Source: the human T2T-CHM13v2.0 reference genome, Homo sapiens. Taken from it: 64,000 nucleotides of DNA. The notes beneath the pieces are model-generated. The model made no database searches, had not been told where the DNA came from, and saw only the letters and a list, made by a program, of their open reading frames with translations. Positions 14,161 through 28,595 of the stretch are shown in pieces. Position numbers and translations under genes: made by a program. The stretch lies in assembly GCF_009914755.1 (NCBI RefSeq), contig NC_060938.1. One strand, written 5' to 3'. How positions within the stretch are numbered: position 1 is the stretch's first letter; each line of letters begins with the position of its first letter.

Positions 14161-15734
14161 TATTTTACTATCTGTTGCCATTTAATTTTCAAATATGGTT
14201 AGTGAAGTCTCAGGAAAAAAACCTGGACTTTTGTGAAACAAAAATTATTCTGAAACCTAATTCAATGACCAAACCTAGCTCAGAGTTATAGAAGAAATTC
14301 ACATTATTCTCTCCATTCATTTATGCTCATATTTACCAAGACTTCTTGTAAAGTAGCAACTATTTTGGAAAAATTGAATCGTAGATCCATAGTAATGAAA
14401 GAGAATGTAGAGGCAATGCAGTGAAGTATGCTAATTTTATAGTCTGTTCACAGTAATGGAATTATGAAAAAGTATTAAAATGGTACCTTGTGTGCCATAA
14501 TTTAGAGCACTGACGTTTTCAATAGAAATTGTAACTTTCGAATCTTATCCATCTCCTTACATTTCCAAAATATTTGTAAACTTGGAAGTTTTTTTCAGTT
14601 TTTGTCCTAAAGAGAAAAAAAAATCATCAATACCTGACAAATACTCCTGGTGAAAGCTGATATTTTCCAAGAACTCAGAAGATGTGTTGAACCACTTCCT
14701 TAATAAACCCTAAAACCCTTTTAGTCATAAAATTATGAATAAATAAGGTATCAATTATGACTGCACTCTAAGATATGAGGCACACTCAGAAGTAATTTGA
14801 ACCAAGCGTGACAAATCTAGGTGATTTTTCTGAAGAAAAGACAATGAAAATTTGGCTTGAAAAGGGAAAATTCCAGTCTGTCATCTGAAGTTGTTGAAAA
14901 CTAAAATCATTTAAGCAGGGCAGAAAGATTTTCCATAATAAACACAGCATGACGATGCTTTGTTTTCATAGCTCTGTAGAAACACAAATCCATTGAGGAA
15001 TAAAAATAGACCTGGAAAACCGGTTTAGAGTTTCCATTTTGCAGTATTGTTTCTATAAATAATTTATAGCTCCATAATGTATATATATAAAGATTTACAT
15101 ATCTACATTTATTTATGTTATATCCTGATGATATAAAAATAGTGTCTAAATTTCTCAACACACCACTCCAGGCTGTTGCTAGACTAGCATTTCGTTTATA
15201 CTCTCAGTGCAGGGACCCTATCCTAACCACATGGGATCACAAAATGTTATCTTCATTAAATTCAATGGGAATTTTCAAATATTGGCTCAATCCAGTAGAA
15301 CCTTAAATCTCTTTGCCTGTGAGTGTCCTGCTTTTCTTTAAAGGCTCATCTCAAAATCTCTTCCTCTTGGATGCCTTCCTTCCCCTGAGGGGATAATTAC
15401 TTTTTTACTAGAATTACTTCTTTCTTCTTATACATACATTGCCACCTAGCAGAGCCTTCAGCACAGCCTTAAACTCACTGAAGACAGGCATGCTTAGCAT
15501 TATGTATTGCTCATCCTTGATTCTCAGTGAGTACAGCCCAAGGCAGATTATTGAATGCTAGCTCTATGCCCAGCACAATGCAAACATTTGGATTTTAAAA
15601 AAGCAAGAAAGGAAGTGATAAAAAGAAAAAAAAGAAAGTGTAAACACAAAATGAAGGATGAAAAATCTCCAAAATCAGGCTATGAGATGAAATAACACTA
15701 GTATCAAACATCATTTATATTAATATGCATTACT

Positions 15735-15960
15735 GGACATCTTTGAAGTTCCCAGACTGTAAGCACAGGAGGGCAGGCACATGTCTGTCTTGCTCGGCAA
15801 GTTTTCAAAGTGCCTGGCAGATTATATATGGTCCTGATTTATTTATATAGAAATAAATGCTCTATTAATATTGCTGCTCTTCACTTTATCTGACCCTGGA
15901 TCTGTGACACCAAAGGCTCTTGGCAAACATGTATTGATGCAGAGATGAATGAATGAAACA
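15735..15960 (+). mobile_element. L2 3' end relic
   Basis: 'agactgtaagcacaggagggcagg...agtgcctggca', ends 'gaatgaatgaa'. Confidence 0.55.
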
Positions 15961-17267
15961 GTAGCAGTGTTTGTAGAATTTTAAGCAGAGGTACCTATTG
16001 TAATCAATAATTAAGTTATTGCTTCTACTATAGTCAGAATCTGAAAGTGAGGTTACTAAAAACATAAGGATGCAAATACTAGCTATTACTTTTAAGAAGT
16101 TTGAGATTCCATTAACTTGGACACTTAGACTGGTGCTGATACCCGGATAGCCTTTTGTAATGAGAGCTGCTGATTTAAGACTTGGAGTAAGTGACAGTAG
16201 CTGGACAAATGTCAAAATTTCACACTTGACTTTCTGGCCCCAAGACAGGAGCCACATCAGGGATTAGACTAACCTTATGGTTAAACTCAAGCCTAGAACA
16301 ATCAAAGGCAGGCACAGCAAGGAAAAAGGCAGAAGAACAAATAAGCAGAAGAAAATATCTAGAAGAGGTCATCTCTGGAAACTTGCAACACCAAACTCAA
16401 CCCTCTGAGATCTTACAGGACTGTTGTTCAGAAGAAAAAACATGGAAAGATCAGGAATACACACTGACTGGTCTCCTATTTCTGTATTTTATGATTTTAT
16501 TTTTATAATGTGTTTAACTTTTTATAAATAAGCACACACGACATAGATCAGAAAGTTACTAATCTATATCTATTTCTGATTCCAAAGCTAATTTATTTTC
16601 TCTACCTTAGATCATTAAAATGCAGAGCAAACAATTAGGCTGAAGGAGGGACCTAATGTTTTTACTTTATTCACATTATGTTTCTAATTTATCACTGAAC
16701 TGGCAGTGCAAAAATAGGCTCAAAGCAAACAGTCATATTCACTTGTGCTCTAGAATTTGGCTATGATTTTTCTAGAGCAAGAGAAAAGCAAAACAAGTGT
16801 GTACAGTTTGTATGTGTGGGTGTATGTACACATGTATATTTCTGTGTATATGTATAAGTGGTGGTCCAGAATTATTCTCCTGTATTTTTGCATTTGAATA
16901 TAAAATTTTTAAAACAAAGAGATGGTTTTACCCTTGAGAAATAGCAAATATTGTGTGGCACCTGCAGCCCCTTCTTCAAGAGCTGGGATATTTTACAAAC
17001 CAGGCACATTTCTCCATGGGTTGAAGTCCAGAAAATGAATTGGGAGCAACCTTGAGGGACAAGCGCCTATTTGCTCCTGACTGCAGCTTGATTAATCTTT
17101 GGCTGCATTATCTGATGAGGTGTCAGTAGGCGTAAGAGGCAAGACAAAAAGGAAGAAACAATGTTCATCGCATGGCACAGACAGGGAGTCATCAAAACTT
17201 CAACTCAGAAAGAAAAAAACCCTGGGTAGCCTACAATTCTTTAGTGGAGAAGAACATATTTTTCATG

Positions 17268-17795
<528 letters not shown>

Positions 17796-20700
17796 GATTA
17801 TTTAGGAGTTTTAAGAGAATAAATAAAAAGTAGTGAACTCAACAGAGCCATAAAGAAAGTTTGTTTCCTCACATAAACAAAATTTTTAGTGTACAATATG
17901 GTGTATAAGAAACACCAGATAGCAGTTTAGTCTGTCAAAAAGTTGACATTGGCAATTCATTCATTTACTTATTCAATTAGTATGCATTGAATGCTAACTC
18001 TATGCCCAAGACAATGCAAAGACTTGGAAAAGTTGATCTGTTGGGAGACAGAGTAAATAATGGGACAATTTGCAAGCAATGTCTATACAAGGAATTACAG
18101 CAACTCTCTGCTGAGGGGGTTAACCGGTATGAATAGAAGGATCTTTCTAATTATTTCATTCTATTTAACATACCTTAAATATTTCCTCCCCAGACATGGC
18201 AAACTTTTTCTAATAACCCATTAATTAATCATCTATTTTCATTCCACAACCACCTTTAAAAAATTATTTTCCTCATGTAATGTAGTTTTAAGACCGAATT
18301 GGTTTTTCTCCTTGTCAGGAGCAGCACAAGTCCCCATGGGGCAACAGCTTGAGACTCTTGGAACCCTCTCTCCCTGCGAACAGCAGCACACGACCAACCA
18401 GTTTTTCTAAACAGAATCCTATTTGCATATGGCCAGCAGGTTGGAACGTGATAACAGTCAACAGACACTTGACATGGATTTTCTCAGCCAAATCTGGAAA
18501 GCTTCTGTCATATGCCATTGTAAAATGAACAATCAAAGTTGGTCTTGGGGGAGGGTCGTCTCCCATTGCCACCAGGCCTATTTGCTGGACTAGCTCAAAG
18601 GGATAGGGGTTGGTGGGAAGCCATTTGGATCCAAGGAGAAAGAAGAGATTAATTTGAAGGACAGATTGCAAATTTTTCATATATTTCTCAAAAATAGATG
18701 CGTTTAGATTATACTGCCCTTATCTACTTTTTTTTTTTTTATTTCTTTTTAACCTAGCTCCTGTCTTTTTAGTATGCCTAAGAGATTTACTTTAAAAGGA
18801 ATGGCTTGGCAACATTCTTATTCAGCTTTTTGTGGGACTCTGTTTTATCTTTTCTATTTCGAATGTCGCTTAGGCAAGGGGTGATTGTGTCTGTGCTAAA
18901 TTCTTAGAATTGGTTTTTTACTTATGAAATGAATTCCAGTGTTTTAAAATATAAAAATGATGATATTTAAATAGCATTTACTTGTTTAATAGTCTCATTT
19001 ATTTCCCTGGATCCCGAATGTTAGAGAGTTTCTCCAAGTTATAATATCGCAGAATGGCTTAACATGCTAAATTTAATGACATAAATAATTTATTTAGATT
19101 ATGATATACAACCTTAAGATATCCATTGTATAAAGCCAGACCATCTCAACAAAATGATCTGGCAAAGACTGTGCATGATTTTTTGGACAGCGTGGGGAAG
19201 CCCTAGGAAAAGAAGCCCAACTTAGGGCTATCAGAGTCAACAATCGGTTCTATTCAAAAAGTGTATGTTAACACAGTAATTTTAAATTGTTACTTTTTTT
19301 TAAAAAAAAGAGGTTTTTATATGAGTGTTTCAGAACCTGTTATCACTATTGAAAAAACTGTAGACCAAACTGAAGAAAAATATTTATTTCTGAAGTGTGA
19401 ATTAGAACCAAGGAATTTTTCAAATCATGTTTTTCTAATGATGTGTCTACCTGTGCTTCTGATAAAATAAATATTTTTAGTAGAAACAAAATGGCATGAA
19501 TGTAATTTACTTTTCTGACATTTATGTGTTTGTTTTCTTTTCCCATTTAACTTTACGAAAATCATAAAACTGAATTAGACAACTGCCCTATGTTTAAAAA
19601 TATATTTTGTGTAATTCACATATATTCTACTGATCAGAAAGCACCACCAATAATAATATTAGTAGATTTATACCAGCATTTATATTTAAATGATAGCCCA
19701 TTAACAAAGTATAATCAGACAATTATAATTTTGTAATGGAATAAATTTTATAAAACTATGATTATACTTCTTAGGAGTGTACTTGAGAGGGAGAATTAAA
19801 GCTTCCTCACAAGATCATGTCTAAAGGAGACAGGACATGACTAGAGCTTTTCAAATGAAGATTGCCCTTTTTTATTAAAAGTTCATTAAATGAATATTTA
19901 ATAAATTTGTTAATAGCGTCATCAAATGTGTTAATGTGAAAAATATTCTTCTCAACAATAGCTTAATCTCCCATTTAAAAAATACTTTGAGTAATTACTG
20001 CATCTGATCCTCAAGAAAATGAGATAGGCAGGGCCTACAGTGAAAGTTCTTTTATAGTGATAAGGAAAATTTACATCTTAGCAATCATGGATCTCACCAT
20101 ATTTCAGGATATGAGCTACAATAAGATCCAATTTTTATATAGTATAACAATGTATCATGGTTGACTGGCCCGGGAATGACAGTTATATATCATTTTTTAA
20201 ATTTAAAAATTAAAATTTCAACAAATATATTATTTTTCAAATTTAATGATAGCTGCATATCAAATGATAGTTCCATATCTTTTTTCAAATTTAAAAATTT
20301 GAAAAAATATATGACAAATATTATGCATCACAGACCTTAGAAACTGATAAAAATAACTTTCAGAGAAAAATCACTCCTTATATTTAGATTATCTCATCAA
20401 GTTTCCCAATCTAACCAACCTTTCAAAAACTATTTATTGAAAGCCTACAATATAGTGTTCAATTCTATAATACTAAAACATACAAACAAAACAACCTATG
20501 GTATTAAGGAAGGCAGAAAACCTTTATTTACAGCTGATGTTATTGAGAGACTTGTTGGTCTTTGTTCTGTAGGATGAGCCAAACAAATGTTATATACATA
20601 CAAGTACACACACACAACAAGCATAGAAGGAGGTTGATATTTGTTTAATAGAAGCCTACTGAGGGGCCATTTTGGTTGTGGATGGTTGGCTCTCCATACA

Positions 20701-20804
20701 CAAATGGAATGAGTTAGACCAGAAAGAGCAAGGGTTAATTTGGTGTACAAAATAAAGTGGAAAATAATTAAAGAAATGTCAATGAGAAAGGGAAGGATTA
20801 AACA

Positions 20805-21175
20805 ACGGGCTAATTTATAAAGAGAGAGGTTTAATTGGCTTATGGTTCCACAGGCTGTATGGGAAGCATAACAGCTTCTGTTTCTGGGGAGGCCTCAGAA
20901 AACTTACAACCATGGAAGAAGGTGAAGGGGAAGCAGGCACGTCTTACATGGATGGAGCAGGAGGAAGGGGGCTGGGGAGGTGCCACACACTTTTAAAACA
21001 ACCAAATCTCATGGTAATTCACTATCACAAGAACAGCACTGAGAGGATTGTGCTAAACCATTCATGAGAACTCTATCCCTATGATCTAATCACCTCCCAC
21101 CAGGCCTCACATCCAATATTGGTGATTACAACTTGGCACGAGATTTGGGTGGGGACAGACATTCAAACAGTATCA
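20805..21175 (-). mobile_element. MSTA/MSTB-type MaLR LTR
   Basis: 'aatttataaagagagaggtttaattggctt...gagatttgggtggggacagacattcaaacagtatca'. Confidence 0.85.
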
Positions 21176-22964
21176 AAGGAGCACCATAGTGGGAGGTAGA
21201 TGGAATTTAGGTGGAAAATCTGCCCATTTTCCATCATGTATTGAGTGTGTACCGTGTGATAGGCACAACTGTAAACCTTAAGAAAGCAGAGTTAAACAAA
21301 ATTATCTCCTGATGAGAAATTCCCTGTGAGGGTCATACTTAAGGATCTAGTATGAAAATGGATGTCTGAAGATTGTGTGATGAAACATCCTTTCCACTTG
21401 ATGGTGTCTCTTCCTTACTCAGCATCTCTTCTCTGTGTTGTACCAGGCTGTTGCTATTAGACCTAAGACTTCAGCAACATCTGATACTGCTATTTGTGTA
21501 AGTGGCATTAAGGAAAAAGAAATTCAAGAGAATTCACTACATTGTAATTTTAGATCTCATAAGGAAGTAAAGAAAAAAAAAAAAAAAAGAGATGAGGCCA
21601 AATTCAAATGAGACCAAGCATTTGGCACAAAGAAAATCATTGCAAATGTGATCATGAGAATATTAGCCCTTAATAGTCACAGATACATCAGATAAAAAAT
21701 TAGAATTCTGTTAGTTGGAATATGAGCTTTTTATCCTAAAGAACAGGTAACTTTGAATGGTACCTGGGTTTATATCCTTCAGAGGGTTCTTCTGAAGATA
21801 AAATAATAAAACATATTTAAACCACTGAACACAATGCCTGACTCTGGAGGTCACCAAAAACGCAATGCCTCTTTCACCTATGTATTTTTTTAAGTGACTG
21901 ATAATGGGCCATAGTAATGATAGTCACCCAGACATAATAGGCCTAATGTCCAAAGTAAATGGATATAATTACTTACTTGTAACAAATTCTGCCATAATCA
22001 TGCAGATTCAACAGAATTGTCTGCAAGAGTACTAGGAAAAAAATAAAAGAAAGAAAAGCTAATATGAGATTTTTGGAGGAAAATAAAGACTATTATTTTA
22101 TATTTCTTTAAAATATTTTTCAGTCTATGTTTTCATAATTGTGAGTCTTGAAAGCATACAAATAAAATATTTTATAATCTCCATAAAGACAAGTGCTTAT
22201 GAACCTATCTACAGTGGTCTCACATATACTTTTATGTCTAGTTGTGCAATGTTACTAAAATACATGCAGAGAGTAGTCATCAGAACTGAAAAACGACAAG
22301 TGTTAAAATATTTTCAAAGTTGCTTTGTTTGGTATTGAGGCTTCATATGAAGGCATTGCTCAACTTTAAGGTTGTATAAATCATGACATAAAATACATTC
22401 CAAGAAAGTTCCCAATGTTAATGCATAAAGCTAATACACATACACAAACACACAGACACACACACAATGTAAAACTCTAATGTATAGAAATGAGATTATA
22501 TAGATATACTGAATGTCTGGGAACTTTTCATTTGTCTTGTGACTTGGGATTTAGGATTTTGCCTAGAGAAATAAAACAAAACCCCAAATGCTAAAATCAG
22601 AATAAAGAAGATTACAAAAAGCCAAAGGAAATAGATTATTTCTGGAGTGGTAGGTACTTGACAGCGAGTTGAAAAAAAAAAAAAAAGATGAAAGTAGACC
22701 ATGAATCTAGTTATATTCTCGCAAATGGAAAGGACTTTCCTAAAGCTCTATAAATTATATCATTTTAAGAAAAAGGGAATTATATTTGGCCTAGTTCAAT
22801 ATCTCCAAGTGGGTCATTGTTAGAGTATTACAATCAAAATAATAAAATCTGATGGTGTGATTCGTGTAACTTCAATAAGTTCAGATTTGTTTCTGTTACC
22901 TGTTTACTTTTAAACTTTTATTCTACCAATTATATTTTCATACATTTTGATTAAGATGCTTTGT

Positions 22965-23257
22965 GCCGGGCGCGGTGGCTTACGCCTGTAATCCCAGCAC
23001 TTTGGGAGGCCGAGGCGGGCGGATCACGAGGTCAGGAGATCGAGACCATCGTGGCTAACACGGTGAAACCCCGTCTCTACTAAAAATACAAAAAATTAGC
23101 CAGGCTTGGTGGCGTGCGCCTGTAGTCCCAGCTGCTCAGGAAGCTGAGGCAGAAGAATGGCGTGAACCCGGGAGGCGGAGCTTGCAGTGAGCCGAGATCA
23201 CACCACTACACTCCAGCCTGAGTGACAGAGCAAGACTGTCTCAAAAAAAAAAAAAAA
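22965..23257 (+). mobile_element. AluY with TSD gatgctttgt
   Basis: 'gaatggcgtgaacccgggaggcggagcttgcagtgag'; A-tail 23243-23257; TSD 22955-22964 and 23260-23269. Confidence 0.95.
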
Positions 23258-23375
23258 GGGATGCTTTGTTTAGGACCTACCATCAGGTATTTATTGATAG
23301 TCAAAGGAAACACAATGTTTCTCCTAATCATCTTTTGGCACTGCAACCAGTCTACATATCAAAAAAACACTTGAC

Positions 23376-23688
<313 letters not shown>

Positions 23689-24889
23689 AAAAACACTTGT
23701 GTCGTATTTTCCTTCCAAGGACTTTTAAGATGATTTAAATACATTGAAAATATTAGTAGATTTAGATATTTTAAAATTAACATTATCTCTCAGAGTAATT
23801 GAATCTTCAAGTAGCCAGAACAAAGCTATCCTGCGTAATATCAGTTTGAAGAGCATTCTAAGGCTGATATTTTTTTTCCCAAATGGTATAGCTAATATTG
23901 TACACTGTTTAAATATTTTTCAGTCAAGTGTATATTATCATAAGTAGCTAATTAACATAAAAATTATGCAAACAAACATTTTCTTTAAATATGAGGTAAA
24001 TTCCAGACTTTCATGTTTAAAACTTGGGGACACCACTCACATTGCTATCTATCGACACAGTCTCTTCTAGAGCTGGGCACTGTGCAGTATCATGGCCATG
24101 TAACACAGGTCCATGCAGAATTCTAATAGTCAGATTTTAAATATAAATATTGTAGCTGGTAGATAACAAAAAATACACCCAAATATGGAAAAACAGGTTT
24201 AATGTCCAATAGAAACTACACTAAGAACTCAATATACATAATCTATTCAACGCTTTAATATTTAATGATCAGCAAAATATCTGGCTTATGATAAGCAGTC
24301 AATATATACTCATTGAAAAAAAGAATATATTTGGAGTAGCAAACATGTTTGGAAACTTAAAGAACTTATTTATGGGATTCAAACCTATTTTATTCTGATT
24401 CTAAATTCAGATCTTCTAACCACTGAGAATTATAGTTAGCAGAGTTTCTACCCATATCTTAAAATAATCTTTGGATTGCTGAGATTGTTTTTCCTTCTAG
24501 GTCTGAGCATCCCTGATTTAATAGACAGATGGTTCTTACTCACAACCGGTCCAGATTTGCCTTAGTTAGGCTAATCCACTGAAAGCCTGTACCTGTGCTA
24601 TTCATGATAAAAGTGGGGGCAATTGCTAAATATTTGCAAATTAGATCTAAATAATGTGACTCACTTTTAAAATATTCATTACACCAATACTCTTAGAAAC
24701 AGACAGTTAATTTTTCAGACACTTTATAGATAAACAGTCCTAAAATAAATGAATAAGTGAACTAATTAAATTCTTATTTTTTCTGATACCAAAATAAATG
24801 CAGGTCTGAATTTTAGCTCTGAGGGACTGACTATCCTATAAAACTTCGTCAATTTAGTTTTACGTTTTTACAAACATACTTATTTTTGC

Positions 24890-25490
24890 AGGCCCCCGAG
24901 ACCATTCTCAGGAGCAATAATTTGCTAGAAGGGTTCAAAGAATCCTGAGAAGTTGTTATAAGTATGGTTTATTAGAGAAAAGATATACATAGATTAAAAT
25001 GAGTAGAATTAAGAAGTGAATAAAGCAGAGTTCAAAAAAAGACCAGATATTTGATTTTATTGTCCTGTCCCAGTGGGGGCTTATAAACAGTTTTTAATTC
25101 TCCCAGCAATGATGTGTGACAATACACATAAGTATGGCCAACCAGAGAAGCTACTTGACACTCAGTGCTCAGTGTTTTTATTGGGGTTGGTCACAGAGGC
25201 ATGGCTGACCATGGATGAGGCTGAAGGACATCTTAGTTAAACAATCTGTAGTCCCTCTAAAAGTCAAACTAATGCCATGTGGCCCAAGGCTCCCAATATA
25301 AATCACATTGTTATTACAGTATAAACAGTGTGGCATTGTCCAACTCCCCAGATAAACAGACACACATTTATCAGACAGGATAATGATAGGGCCTAGAAGT
25401 TGTCTCTGCGAGATGGACGAGGACAGACTTTTCCACAGAGTGTGCAAGTTGCAGACACCCAGATCTGCCAAATTAATTCTTTAGTACATA
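24890..25490 (-). mobile_element. MER21-family LTR
   Basis: 'cccgagaccattctcagg...aatttgctagaagggttcaaagaa...ggtttatt..aaagatat...attaaaat' resembles MER21B/C. Confidence 0.7.
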
Positions 25491-26369
25491 GGGATAGAAT
25501 AACAGGAAAAGAAAAACTGACCAGTGTTAAACTTATATATAATATGCATAATTATATCCAAATTAAATATAAGGTGAAATCAATATGCACACCATGCAGA
25601 TCATCTACTGTCCTACCTGCCATATATCCATTCATATATATTTCACACAAAGTCTGAAGTTTCTTTCACACATGATTGGGAGAACTATGATACACCTCTC
25701 AGGCGAAAGGAAAAGAGGTAAATAAAAAAGTGTTCAGGGGAAAATATGATGACTTGGAGGTGTCAGCAAAAAGCCAATGTGGAAATGTATAATAGGAAAA
25801 GTAAAACATAGTTCTAGAATTTATGACTTAAGTCACGGATATTTGAACAATTAGCATAAAGGAAACCAACCTACAATTACAAAATAGTTTGTCTAAAAGA
25901 GAAAAGTGGCTAGAAATTGTTGTTATTTTTTTCTTAGTGTATTTCTTATACTTTATTTGAGTTAGAGTATAAGATGAAATCTTTCCAACTTGTTTCCTAT
26001 TAAATGTTGGCCTTCTAGAGAGTTCTGTAAACATATGTTGCCATCTGCCCCTACAGGATTACACCTGCCCTAAGTTGAGCGAATGTTTCTCTCAAGCTTG
26101 GTTGTTTCCAGCTGGGAACTATTCCTATAGTTATGACAATATTTAGCTTGATTGAGTGCCCAAATCTATAGTGCAAAAATAGAATATACATTTGCATACA
26201 TGCATAAACATATGTACAAATATATGTTCTCACTCATTTATCTTTAATTGTGATGTGCATTTTAATTTCTCTGCTATATTCATGGTTCAGTATCCTACCT
26301 AGTTTTCCAAATATTGGTTTCTTACAGGAGCTTTTTAAAAACAACAACTGTATCATTAACTTAATAGCC

Positions 26370-26600
26370 ATAATTTGTGGAGAATTAACTTTGTGGCAAG
26401 CACTGGTTTAAGAGCATAACCTCTTTTCTCACACCATGCTAAGAAGCATGCTATGAAATAGGTAATATCAGTTGCCTTTTTTGCATGTTAGGAAACTGGG
26501 CTCCAGACAGATTAAGGTAATAACTGAATTCCCAAGCTAATGAGAGGCTGAACTAGAACTCAGAACCATGGTTTCTGAAATCAGAGTCCTTCATGTCAAC
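26370..26600 (-). mobile_element. MIR relic
   Basis: 'ggaaactgggctccagacagattaaggtaa...cccaagc...actagaactcagaacc'. Confidence 0.65.
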
Positions 26601-27877
26601 ACCTATGTTGTGTTCAAGGCTGTTTCTTTGGCCACTGCCTCCAGTGGAGGACTGTACTGCCCTTCTATTGGCCAAGATAGACATTGATGTCTCTGTAGCC
26701 AAGAAGAATGGGTCAGAAGGAGGTCCTTATGAACAGATGTGCTTGGTTTGGCTAATACATATAAAAGTGCCTGAGATAGAGCAATTCTGATTATTAACAT
26801 TTACCTATTTACTTATTCTAACAATATCAACAAATCATAGTTTGCATGTTGATACATGCCAGTGTTCTTCCTAATAATTTATGTATCTACATATATAATA
26901 TTTTTATATTTACATTTTTTTTCATTTAGGTTTACTTTGGTGCCCACTATGGAAAGAACAGAATTTAGTAAATATGTAGTTGAAGATATATATGATATAT
27001 AACAAAACGTATATGAAACGTAACAAGAGATAACACCTGAGTATGAAACAAATTTAAATTTCCGAAAATATCTTGAAGCAAAATATGAGATAAACTTAGT
27101 TATCATGAATATTTGGAAAGGTTACTAAGTAACATCTGAACTCAGTCTTCAGAAGATTTGGAAATATAACTTATGCCTCATAGGTAAGTACCAATATAGG
27201 TCTAATTCACCTACAGGCAAGGAATTTGAGACTTAAGGAACCTCTTATCAAAAATTTATTAAAATCTCCTTTCTTAAAAATTGTCATTTTTAGGAAGAAA
27301 TTAACATTTCTTTCAAAAAATTGCTGCAATTTTAATGCAATGGCTTAAAATGTATTAACTGAATAATAGAGCTTCATTAATTTTTTCAGTGAAGTCTTTC
27401 TGATCATTTACTACAGGCCAAGTCTCATGCTAGGTTGGGAGAATAAAATATGTACAAGATATAATCCCTGATATCAGAAAGCTAATAGCAAATTCAAGAA
27501 GGCATGCAGGTTCCTAGAAAAATCTCAGCTGAATATGATGAGTACTGGAAATATAAGCAAGGTGTTGAAGTAGCTCCAAGAAGGGGCACCCAAATCAGCA
27601 AGTGATTTCAAGTAACCAATTTAGTATTTGTTGTATATGTATGGAGTTTTAAAAATTACTTCATATCTAATTTGTCTTTCTTCATATTCAGAATTATTTC
27701 ATTACTTTTTTTCTGCAGAATTGTATCAAAAAGAGAAAAGTTAATAATTTACATGAATCACATCTGATATTGTAAAGTAAGCATCATTCTCTCATAGATC
27801 CCCAAAAGCTGGGTTAGAAATTATAGATAGGTATATGGTCAGAAGAGTTTTTTATTTGTTTCTATAGCTACAACATG

Positions 27878-27878
<1 letters not shown>

Positions 27879-27914
<36 letters not shown>
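27879..27914. repeat. (AC)18 microsatellite
   Basis: Perfect dinucleotide run. Confidence 0.97.
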
Positions 27915-27918
<4 letters not shown>

Positions 27919-28461
27919 CAAGTCCTTGTTATCTGCCATTTAGCAAGAATCCAATTACTGAGCATGAGCTTACTGCCTCATAAATAGTATCCTCTTAGCT
28001 TTCCAATCACACCATTCCAATTCTGTATTTTGTCAGCAAAAGTCCTGTTTTTAAAAATAATACTTTGGCCATCTGCTTACCCATATGTGTTACACATCAC
28101 TGAACGTTAGATTCTCTGCAAGTTTTATAGACTGTACCACAAACCTTGAATGTGTTTTCTCTCATAATTAGCATTTTACAACCACATTAAATTGATCACA
28201 GGTAAACTGTTTCATTTTGGTGTGTTATTTTGATTGTAATCAGACTACTTGCTGGAAAGTGATTTTCTAGCCAATCTATTTGAGTTATAAAGAGTTTTCT
28301 TTCCCGTTTTTCATAGCAAATACATTAGTTTAAAGGTCACACTTGTCAGACCTATAAACTAAATCCCAGACTTGCAATGTAAGACATCCCTCGAAGGAGC
28401 CATCAATGTTTACTCTGGGGTGAAGAATGTTATATTAGCAGTTCCATCAGTTTCAATGACT

Positions 28462-28473
28462 AATGACGTCATT
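28462..28473. promoter_or_regulatory. Perfect palindromic CRE (aaTGACGTCAtt)
   Basis: Full CRE with intact CpG and adjacent TGACTAA, in non-repetitive sequence; function is inferred only. Confidence 0.4.
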
Positions 28474-28556
28474 TGCAATCGTTGCAGGCTCCTCCCAAAG
28501 AAAGAGGGAAAACTGCTTGGTCAGGGATTCAGTTTTCAGTTTGCATATTCTAAATC

Positions 28557-28560
<4 letters not shown>

Positions 28561-28594
<34 letters not shown>
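28561..28594. repeat. (GT)17 microsatellite
   Basis: Perfect dinucleotide run. Confidence 0.97.

Positions 28595-28595
<1 letters not shown>

Noticed and set aside
19100-19266. Exon-like peptide RPSQQNDLAKTVHDFLDSVGKP*EKKPNL ending near gtatgt
   Set aside because: In-frame stop, weak splice sites, no recognisable homology
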